64,000 nucleotides of DNA from the human T2T-CHM13v2.0 reference genome, Homo sapiens: the NCBI RefSeq assembly GCF_009914755.1, contig NC_060935.1. One strand, 5' to 3'. Position 1 is the stretch's first letter, and each line of letters starts with the position of its first letter. Positions 50,571-62,500 of the stretch are shown piece by piece. The translations under genes were made by a program, and so were the position numbers. A model generated the notes under the pieces. The model worked only from the letters and a program-made list of their open reading frames with translations. It searched no databases and was not told where the DNA came from.

Positions 50571-53500
50571 CTACACGGAAGCATTCTGAGAAACTTCTTT
50601 GTGATGTTTGCATTCAACTCACAGAGTTGAACCTTGCTTTCATAGTTCAGCTTTCAAACACTCTTTTTGTAGAATCTGCAAGTGGATATTTGGACCACTT
50701 TGTGGCCTTCCTTCGAAACGGGTATATCTTCACATCAAACCTAGACAGAAGCATTCTCAGAATGTTTCCTGTGATGACTGCATTCAACTCACAGAGGTGA
50801 ACAATCCTGTTGATGGAGCAGTTTTGAAACTCTCTTTCTTTGGATTCTGCAAGTTGATATGTGGACCTCTGTGAAGATTTCGTTGGAAACGGGTTCATCT
50901 TCACAGAAAAACTAAACAGAATCATTCTCAGAAACTGCTTTGTGATGTTTGTGTTCCACTTCAAGAATTGAACTTTCCTCTTGACAGAGCAGCTCTGAAA
51001 CCCTCTTTTTCTAGAATCTGCAAGTGGACATTTGGAGGGCTTTGAGGTCTGTGGTGGAAAAGGAAAATCTTCACATAAAAACTAGATGGAAGCATTCTCA
51101 GAAACTACTTTGTGATGATTGCATTCGACTCACAGAGTTGAACATTCCTATAGATAGAGCAGGTTGTAAACAATCTTTTTGTAGAATCTGCGATTGGAGA
51201 TTTGGACTGCTTTGAGGCCTACTGTAGTAAAGGAAATAACTTCATCTAAAAACCAAACGGAAGCATTCACAGACAATTCTTAGTGATCATTGCATTGAAC
51301 TAACAGAGCTGAACATTCCTTTAGATGGAGCAGTTTCCAAACACACTTTCTGTAGAATCTGCAAGTGGATATTTGGACTTCTCTGAGGATTTCGTTGGAA
51401 ACGGGATAAACTTCCCAGAACTACACGGAAGCATTGTGAGAAACTTCTTTGTGATGTTTGCATTCAACTCACAGAGTTGAACCTTGCTTTCATAGTTCAG
51501 CTTTCAAACACTCTTTTTGTAGAATCTGCAAGTGGATATTTGGACCACTTTGTGGCCTTCCTTCGAAACGGGTATATCTTCACATCAAACCTAGACAGAA
51601 GCATTCTCAGAATGTTTCCTGTGATGACTGCATTCAACTCACAGAGGTGAACAATCCTGCTGATGGAGCAATTTTGAAACTCTCTTTCTTTGGATTCTGC
51701 AAGTGGATATGTGGACCTCTGTGAAGATTTCGTTGGAAACGGGTTCATCTTCACAGAAAAACTAAACAGAAGCATTCTCAGAAACTGCTTTGTGATGTTT
51801 GTGTTCCACTTCAGGAATTGAACTTTCCTCTTGACAGAGCAGCTCTGAAACCCTCTTATTCTAGAATCTGCAAGTGGACATTTGGAGGGCTTTGAGGCCT
51901 GTGGTGGAAAAGGAAAATCTTCACATAAAAACTAGATGGAAGCATTCTCAGAAACTACTTTGTGATGATTGCATTCGACTCACAGAGTTGAACATTCCTA
52001 TAGATAGAGCAGGTTGTAAACAATCTTTTTGTAGAATCTGCGATTGGAGATTTGGACTGCTTTGAGTCCTACTGTAGTAAAGGAAATAACTTCATCTAAA
52101 AACCAAACGGAAGCATTCACAGACAATTCTTAGTGATCATTGCATTGAACTAACAGAGCTGAACATTCCTTTAGATGGAGCAGTTTCCAAACACACTTTC
52201 TGTAGAACCTGCAAGTGGATATTTGGGCCTCTCTGAGGATTTCGTTGGAAACGGGATAAACTTCCCAGAACTACACGGAAGCATTGTGAGAAACTTCTTT
52301 GTGATGTTTGCATTCAACTCACAGAGTTGAACCTTGCTTTCATAGTTCAGCTTTCAAACACTCTTTTTGTAGAATCTGCAAGTGGATATTTGGACCACTT
52401 TGTGGCCTTCCTTCGAAACGGGTATATCTTCACATCAAACCTAGACAGAAGCATTCTCAGAATGTTTCCTGTGATGACTGCATTCAACTCACAGAGGTGA
52501 ACAATCCTGCTGATGGAGCAGTTTTGAAACTCTCTTTCTTTGGATTCTGCAAGTGGATATGTGGACCTCTGTGAAGATTTCGTTGGAAACGGGTTCATCT
52601 TCACAGAAAAACTAAACAGAAACATTCTCACAAACTGCTTTGTGATGTTTGTGTTCCACTTCAGGAATTGAACTTTCCTCTTGACAGAGCAGCTCTGAAA
52701 CCCTCTTATTCTAGAATCTGCAAGTGGACATTTGGAGGGCTTTGAGGCCTCTAGTGGAAAAGGAAAATCTTCACATAAAAACTAGATGGAAGCATTCTCA
52801 GAAACTACTTTGTGATGATTGCATTCGACTCACAGAGTTGAACATTCCTATAGATAGAGCAGGTTGTAAACAATCTTTTTGTAGAATCTGCGATTGGAGA
52901 TTTGGACTGCTTTGAGGCCTACTGTAGTAAAGGAAATAACTTCATCTAAAAACCAAACGGAAGCATTCACAGACAATTCTTAGTGATCATTGGATTGAAC
53001 TAACAGAGCTGAACATTCCTTTAGATGGCGCAGTTTCCAAACACACTTTCTGTAGAATCTGCAAGTGGATATTTGGACTTCTCTGAGGATTTCGTTGGAA
53101 ACGGGATAAACTTCCCAGAACTACACGGAAGCATTGTGAGAAACTTCTTTGTGATGTTTGCATTCAACTCACAGAGTTGAACCTTGCTTTCATAGTTCAG
53201 CTTTCAAACACTCTTTTTGTAGAATCTGCAAGTCGATATTTTGACCACTTTTTGGGCTTCCTTCGAAACGGGTATATCTTCACATCAAACCTAGACAGAA
53301 ACATTCTCAGAATGTTTCCTGTGATGACTGCATTCAACTCACAGAGGTGAACAATCCTGCTGATGGAGCAGTTTTGAAACTCTCTTTCTTTGGATTCTGC
53401 AAGTGGATATGTGGACCTCTGTGAAGATTTCGTTGGAAACGGGTTCATCTTCACAGAAAAACTAAACAGGAGCATTCTCAGAAACTGCTTTGTGATGTTT

Positions 53501-56500
53501 GTGTTCCACTTCAAGAATTGAACTTTCCTCTTGACAGAGCAGCTCTGAAACCCTATTTTTCTAGAATATGCAAGTGGACATTTGGAGGGCTTTGAGGCCT
53601 GTGGTGGAAAAGGAAAATCTTCACATAAAAACTAGATGGAAGCATTCTCAGAAACTACTTTGTGATGATTGCATTCGACGCACAGAGTTGAACATTCCTA
53701 TAGATAGAGCAGGTTGTAAACAATCTTTTTGTAGAATCTGCGATTGGAGATTTGGACTGCTTTGAGGCCTACTGTAGTAAAGGAAATAACTTCATCTAAA
53801 AACCAAACGGAAGCATTCACAGACAATTCTTAGTGATCATTGCATTGAACTAACAGAGCTGAACATTCCTTTAGATGGAGCAGTTTCCAAACCCACTTTC
53901 TGTAGAATCTTCAAGTGGATATTTGGACTTCTCTGAGGATTTCTTTGGAAAAGGGATAAACTTCCCAGAACTACACGGAAGCATTGTGAGAAACTTCTTT
54001 GTGATGTTTGCATTCAACTCACAGAGTTGAACCTTGCTTTCATAGTTCAGCTTTCAAACACTCTTTTTGTAGAATCTGCAAGTGGATATTTGGACCACTT
54101 TGTGGCCTTCCTTCGAAACGGGTATATCTTCCCATCAAACCTAGACAGAAGCATTCTCAGCATGTTTCCTGTGATGACTGCATTCAACTCACAGAGGTGA
54201 ACAATCCTGTTGATGGAGCAGTTTTGAAACTCTCTTTCTTTGGATTCTGCAAGTTGATATGTGGACCTCTGTGAAGATTTCGTTGGAAACGGGTTCATCT
54301 TCACAGAAAAACTAAACAGAAGCATTCTCTGAAACTACTTTGTGATGTTTGTGTTCCACTTCTAGAATTGAACTTTCCTCTTGACAGAGCAGCTCTGAAA
54401 CCCTCTTTTTCTAGAATCTGCAAGTGGACATTTGGAGGGCTTTGAGGCCTGTGGTGGAAAAGGAAAATCTTCACATAAAAACTAGATGGAAGCATTCTCA
54501 GAAACTACTTTGTGATGATTGCATTCGACTCACAGAGTTGAACATTCCTATAGATAGAGCAGGTTGTAAACAATCTTTTTCTAGAATCTGCTATTGGAGA
54601 TTTGGACTGCTTTGAGGCCTACTGTAGTAAAGGAAATAACTTCATCTAAAAACCAAACGGAAGCATTCACAGACAATTCTCAGTGATCATTGGATTGAAC
54701 TAACAGAGCTGAACATTCCTTTAGATGGTGCAGTTTCCAAACAAACTTTCTGTAGAATCTGCAAGTGGATATTTGGACTTCTCTGAGAATTTCGTGGGAA
54801 AAGGGATAAACTTCCCAGAACTACACGGAAGCATTGTGAGAAACTTCTTTGTGATGTTTGCATTCAACTCACAGAGTTGAACCTTGCTTTCATAGTTCAG
54901 CTTTCAAACACTCTTTTTGTAGAATCTGCAAGTGGATATTTGGACCACTTTGTGGCCTTCCTTCGAAACGGGTATATCTTCACATCAAACCTAGACAGAA
55001 GCATTCTCAGAATGTTTCCTGTGATGACTGCATTCAACTCACAGAGGTGAACAATCCTGCTGATGGAGCAGTTTTGAAACTCTCTTTCTTTGGATTCTGC
55101 ATGTGGATATGTTGACCTCTGTGAAGATTTCGTTGGAAACGGGTTCATCTTCACAGAAACACTAAACAGGAGCATTCTCAGAAACTGCTTTGTGATGTTT
55201 GTGTTCCACTTCAAGAATTGAACTTTCCTCTTGACAGAGCAGCTCTGAAACCCTCTTTTTCTAGAATCTGCAAGTGGACATTTGGAAGGATTTGAGGCCT
55301 GTGGTGGAAAAGGAAAATCTTCACATAAAAACTAGATGGAAGCATTCTCAGAAACTACTTTGTGATGATTGCATTCGACTCACAGAGTTGAACATTCCTA
55401 TAGATAGAGCAGGTTGTAAACAATCTTTTTGTAGAATCTGCGATTGGAGATTTGGACTGCTTTGAGGCCTACTGTAGTAAAGGAAATAACTTCATCTAAA
55501 AACCAAACGGAAGCATTTACAGACAATTCTTAGTGATCATTGGATTGAACTAACAGAGCTGAACATTCCTTTAGATGGAGCAGTTTCCAAACCCACTTTC
55601 TGTAGAATCTGCAAGTGGATATTTGGACTTCTCTGAGGATTTCGTTGGAAACGGAATAAACTTCCCAGAACTACAGGGAAGCATTGTGAGAAACTTCTTT
55701 GTGATGTTTGCATTCAACTCACAGAGTTGAACCTTGCTTTCATAGTTCAGCTTTCAAACACTCTTTTTGTAGAATCTGCAAGTGGATATTTGGACCACTT
55801 TGTGGCCTTCCTTCGAAACGGGTATATCTTCACATCAAACCTAGACAGAAGTATTCTCAGAATGTTTCCTGTGATGACTGCATTCAACTCACAGAGGTGA
55901 ACAATCCTGTTGATGGAGCACTTTTGAAATTCTCTTTCTTTGGATTCTGCAAGTTGATATGTGGACCTCTGTGAAGATTTCGTTGGAAACGGGTTCATCT
56001 TCACAGAAAAACTAAACAGAAGCATTCTCAGAAACTACTTTGTGATGTTTGTGTTCCACTTCAAGAATTGAACTTTCCTCTTGACAGAGCAGCTCTGAAA
56101 CCCTCTTTTTCTAGAATCTGCAAGTGGACATTTGGAGGGCTTTGAGGCCTGTGGTGGAAAAGGAAAATCTTCACATAAAAACTAGATGGAAGCCTTCTCA
56201 GAAACTACTTTGTGATGATTGCATTCGTCTCACAGAGTTGAACATTCCTATAGATAGAGCAGGTTGTAAACAATCTTTTTGTAGAATCTGCGATTGGAGA
56301 TTTGGACTGCTTGGAGGCCTACTGTAGTAAAGTAAATAACTTCATCTAAAAACCAAACGGAACCATTCACAGACAATTCTTAGTGATCATTGCATTGAAC
56401 TAACAGAGCTGAACATTCCTTTAGATGGCGCAGTTTCCAAACACACTTTCTGTAGAATCTGCAAGTGGATATTTGGACCTCTCTGAGGATTTCGTTGGAA

Positions 56501-59500
56501 ACCGGATAAACTTCCCAGAACTACACGGAAGCATTGTGAGAAAATTCTTTGTGATGTTTGCATTCAACTCACAGAGTTGAACCTTGCTTTCATAGTTCAG
56601 CTTTCAAACACTCTTTTTGTAGAATCTACAAGTGGATATTTGGACCACTTTGTGGCCTTCCTTCGAAACGGGTATATCTTCCCATCAAACCTAGACAGAA
56701 GCATTCTCAGAATGTTTCCTGTGATGACTGCATTCAACTCACAGAGGTGAACAATCCTGTTGATGGAGCACTTTTGAAACTCTCTTTCTTTGGATTCTGC
56801 AAGTTGATATGTGGACCTCTGTGAAGATTTCGTTGGAAACGGGTTCATCTTCACAGAAAAACTAAACAGAAGCATTCTCAGAAACTACTTTGTGATGTTT
56901 GTGTTCCACTTCAAGAATTGAACTTTCCTCTTGACAGAGCAGCTCTGAAACCCTCTTTTTCTAGAATCTGCAAGTGAACATTTGGAGGGCTTTGAGGCCT
57001 GTGGTGGAAAAGGAAAATCTTCACATAAAAACTAGATGGAAGCATTCTCAGAAACTACTTTGTGATGATTGCATTCGACTCACAGAGTTGAACATTCCTA
57101 TAGATAGAGCAGGTTGTAAACAATCTTTTTGTAGAATCTGCGATTGGAGATTTGGACTGCTTTGAGGCCTACTGTAGTAAAGGAAATAACTTCATCTAAA
57201 AACCAAACGGAAGCATTCACAGACAATTCTTAGTGATCATTGCATTGAACTAACAGAGCTGAACATTCCTTTAGATGGCGCAGTTTCCAAACACACTTTC
57301 TGTAGAATCTGCAAGTGGATATTTGGACCTCTCTCAGGATTTCGTTAGAAAAGGTATAAACTTCCCAGAACTACACGGAAGCATGCTGAGAAACTTCTTT
57401 GTGATGTTTGCATTCAACTCACAGAGTTGAACCTTGCTTTCATAGTTCAGCTTTCAAACACTCTTTTTGTAGAATCTGCAAGTGGATATTTGGACCACTT
57501 TGTGGCCTTCCTTCGAAACGGGTATATCTTCACATCAAACCTAGACAGAAGCATTCTCAGAATGTTTCCTGTGATGACTGCATTCAACTCACAGAGGTGA
57601 ACAATCCTGCTGATGGAGCAGTTTTGAAACTCTCTTTCTTTGGATTCTGCAAGTGGATATGTGGACCTCTGTGAAGATTTCGTTGGAAACGGGTTCATCT
57701 TCACAGAAAAACTAAACAGAAACATTCTCACAAACTGCTTTGTGATGTTTGTGTTCCACTTCAGGAATTGAACTTTCCTCTTCACAGAGCAGCTCTGAAA
57801 CCCTCTTATTCTAGAATCTGCAAGTGGACATTTGGAGGGCTTTGAGGCCTGTGGTGGAAAAGGAAAATCTTCACATAAAAACTAGATGGAAGCATTCTCA
57901 GAAACTACTTTGTGATGATTGCATTCGACTCACAGATTTGAACATTCCTATAGATAGAGCAGGTTGTAAACAATCTTTTTGTAGAATCTGCGATTGGAGA
58001 TTTGGACTGCTTTGAGGCCTACTGTAGTAAAGGAAATAACTTCATCTAAAAACCAAACGGAAGCATTCACAGACAATTCTTAGTGATCATTGGATTGAAC
58101 TAACAGAGCTGAACATTCCTTTAGATGGCGCAGTTTCCAAACACACTTTCTGTAGAATCTGCAAGTGGATATTTGGACTTCTCTGAGGATTTCGTTGGAA
58201 ACGGGATAAACTTCCCAGAACTACACGGAAGCATTGTGAGAAACTTCTTTGTGATGTTTGAATTCAACTCACAGAGTTGAACCTTGCTTTCATAGTTCAG
58301 CTTTCAAACACTCTTTTTGTAGAATCTGCAAGTGCATATTTGGACCACTTTTTGGGCTTCCTTCGAAACGGATATATCTTCACCTCAAACCTAGACAGAA
58401 GCATTCTCAGAATGTTTCCTGTGATGACTGCATTCAACTCACAGAGGTGAACAATCCTGCTGATGGAGCAGTTTTGAAACTCTCTTTCTTTTGATTCTGC
58501 AAGTGGATATGTGGACCTCTGTGAAGATTTCGTTGGAAACGGGTTCATCTTCACAGAAAATCTAAACAGAAACATTCTCACAAACTGCTTTGTGATGTTT
58601 GTGTTCCACTTCAGGAATTGAACTTTCCTCTTGACAGAGCAGCTCTGAAACCCTCTTATTCTAGAATCTGCAAGTGGACATTTGGAGGGCTTTGAGGCCT
58701 GTGGTGGAAAAGGAAAATCTTCACATAAAAACTAGATGGAAGCATTCTCAGAAACTACTTTGTGATGATTGCATTCGACTCACAGAGTTGAACATTCCTA
58801 TAGATAGAGCAGGTTGTAAACAATCTTTTTGTAGAATCTGCGATTGGAGATTTGGACTGCTTTGAGGCCTACTGTAGTAAAGGAAATAACTTCATCTAAA
58901 AACCAAACGGAAGCATTCACAGACAATTCTTAGTGATCATTGGATTGAACTAACAGAGCTGAACATTCCTTTAGATGGTGCAGTTTCCAAACACACTTTC
59001 TGTAGAATCTGCAAGTGGATATTTGGACCTCTCTGAGGATTTCGTTGGAAACGGGATAAACTTCCCAGAACTACACGGAAGCATTGTGAGAAACTTCTTT
59101 GTGATGTTTGCATTCAACTCACAGAGTTGAACCTTGCTTTCATAGTTCAGCTTTCAAACACTCTTTTTGTAGAATCTGCAAGTGGATATTTGGACCACTT
59201 TGTGGCCTTCCTTCGAAACGGGTATATGTTCACATCAAACCTAGACAGAAGCATTCTCAGAATGTTTCCTGTGATGACTGCATTCAACTCACAGAGGTGA
59301 ACAATCCTGCTGATGGAGCAGTTTTGAAACTCTCTTTCTTTGGATTCTGCAAGTGGATATGTGGACCTCTGTGAAGATTTCGTTGGAAACGGGTTCATCT
59401 TCACAGAAAAACTAAACAGAAGCATTCTCAGAAACTGCTTTGTGATGTTTGTGTTCCACTTCAGGAATTGAACTTTCCTCTTGACAGAGCAGCTCTGAAA

Positions 59501-62500
59501 CCCTCTTATTCTAGAATCTGCAAGTGGACATTTGGAGGGCTTTGAGGCCTGTGGTGGAAAAGGAAAATCTTCACATAAAAACTAGATGGAAGCATTCTCA
59601 GAAACTACTTTGTGATGATTGCATTCGACTCACAGAGTTGAACATTCCTATAGATAGAGCAGGTTGTAAACAATCTTTTTGTAGAATCTGCGATTGGAGA
59701 TTTGGACTGCTTTGAGGCCTACTGTAGTAAAGGAAATAACTTCATCTAAAAACCAAACGGAAGCATTCACAGACAATTCTTAGTGATCATTGCATTGAAC
59801 TAACAGAGCTGAACATTCCTTTAGATGGCGCAGTTTCCAAACACACTTTCTGTAGAATCTGCAAGTGGATATTTGGACCTCTCTGAGGATTTCGTTGGAA
59901 ACGGGATAAACTTCCCAGAACTACACGGAAGCATTCTGAGAAACTTCTTTGTGATGTTTGCATTCAACTCACAGAGTTGAACCTTGCTTTCATAGTTCAG
60001 CTTTCAAACCCTCTTTTTGTAGAATCTGCAAGTGGATATTTGGACCACTTTGTGGCCTTCCTTCGAAACGGATATATCTTCACATCAAACCTAGACAGAA
60101 GCATTCTCAGAATGTTTCCTGTGATGACTGCATTCAACTCACAGAGGTGAACAATCCTGCTGATGGAGCAGTTTTGAAACTCTCTTTCTTTGGATTCTGC
60201 AAGTGGATATGTGGACCTCTGTGAAGATTTCGTTGGAAACGGGTTCATCTTCACAGAAAAACTAAACAGAAGCATTCTCAGAAACTGCTTTGTGATGTTT
60301 GTGTTCCACTTCAGGAATTGAACTTTCCTCTTGACAGAGCAGCTCTGAAACCCTCTTATTCTAGAATCTACAAGTGGACATTTGGAGGGCTTTGAGGCCT
60401 GTGGTGGAAAAGGAAAATCTTCACATAAAAACTAGATGGAAGCATTCTCAGAAACTACTTTGTGATGATTGCATTCGACTCACAGAGTTGAACATTCCTA
60501 TAGATAGAGCAGGTTGTAAACAATCTTTTTCTAGAATCTGCTATTGGAAATTTGGACTGCTTTGAGGCCTACTGTAGTAAAGGAAATAACTTCATCTAAA
60601 AACCAAACGGAAGCATTCACAGACAATTCTCAGTGATCATTGGATTGAACTAACAGAGCTGAACATTCCTTTAGATGGAGCAGTTTCCAAACACACTTTC
60701 TGTAGAATCTGCAAGTGGATATTTGGACTTCTCTGACAATTTCGTTGGAAACGGGATAAACTTCCCAGAACTACACGGAAGCATTGTGAGAAACTTCTTT
60801 GTGATGTTTGCATTCAACTCACAGAGTTGAACCTTGCTTTCATAGTTCAGCTTTCAAACACTCTTTTTGTAGAATCTGCAAGTGGATATTTGGACCACTT
60901 TGTGGCCTTCCTTCGAAACGGGTATATCTTCACATCAAACCTAGACAGAAGCATTCTCAGAATGTTTCCTGTGATGACTGCATTCAACTCACAGAGGTGA
61001 ACAATCCTGCTGATGGAGCAGTTTTGAAATTCTCTTTCTTTGGATTCTGCGTGTGGATATGTTGACCTCTGTGAAGATTTCGTTGGAAACGGGTTCATCT
61101 TCACAGAAAAATTAAACAGGAGCATTCTCAGAAACTGCTTTGTGATGTTTGTGTTCCACTTCAGGAATTGAACTTTCCTCTTGACAGAGCAGCTCTGAAA
61201 CCCTCTTTTTCTAGAATCTGCAAGTGGACATTTGGAGGGATTTGAGGCCTGTGGTGGAAAAGGAAAATCTTCACATAAAAACTAGATGGAAGCATTCTCA
61301 GAAACTACTTTGTGATGATTGCATTCGACTCACAGAGTTGAACATTCCTATAGATAGAGCAGGTTGTAAACAATCTTTTTGTAGAATCTGCGATTGGAGA
61401 TTTGGACTGCTTTGAGGCCTACTGTAGTAAAGGAAATAACTTCATCTAAAAACCAAACGGAAGCATTTACAGACAATTCTTAGTGATCATTGGATTGAAC
61501 TAACAGAGCTGAACATTCCTTTAGATGGAGCAGTTTCCAAACCCACTTTCTGTAGAATCTGCAAGTGGATATTTGGACTTCTCTGAGGATTTCGTTGGAA
61601 ACGGGATAAACTTCCCAGAACTACAGGGAAGCATTGTGAGAAATTTCTTTGTGATGTTTGCATTCAACTCACAGAGTTGAACCTTGCTTTCATAGTTCAG
61701 CTTTCAAACACTCTTTTTGTAGAATCTGCAAGTGGATATTTGGACCACTTTGTGGCCTTCCTTCGAAACGGGTATATCTTCACATCAAACCTAGACAGAA
61801 GCATTCTCAGAATGTTTCCTGTGATGACTGCATTCAACTCACAGAGGTGAACAATCCTATTGATGGAGCACTTTTGAAACTCTCTTTCTTTGGATTCTGC
61901 AAGTTGATATGTGGACCTCTGTGAAGATTTCGTTGGAAACGGGTTCATCTTCACAGAAAAACTAAACAGAAGCATTCTCAGAAACTACTTTGTGATGTTT
62001 GTGTTCCACTTCAAGAATTGAACTTTCCTCTTGACAGAGCAGCTCTGAAACCCTCTTTTTCTAGAATCTGCAAGTGGACATTTGGAGGGCTTTGAGGCCT
62101 GTGGTGGAAAAGGAAAATCTTCACATAAAAACTAGATGGAAGCATTCTCAGAAACTACTTTGTGATGATTGCATTCGTCTCACAGAGTTGAACATTCCTA
62201 TAGATAGAGCAGGTTGTAAACAATCTTTTTGTAGAATCTGCGATTGGAGATTTGGACTGCTTTGAGGCCTACTGTAGTAAAGGAAATAACTTCATCTAAA
62301 AACCAAACGGAAGCATTCACAGACAATTCTTAGTGATCATTGCATTGAACTAACAGAGCTGAACATTCCTTTAGATGGTGCAGTTTCCAAACACACTTTC
62401 TGTAGAATCTGCAAGTGGATATTTGGACCTCTCTGAGGATTTCGTTGGAAACCGGATAAACTTCCCAGAACTACACAGAAGCATTCTGAGAAACTTCTTT

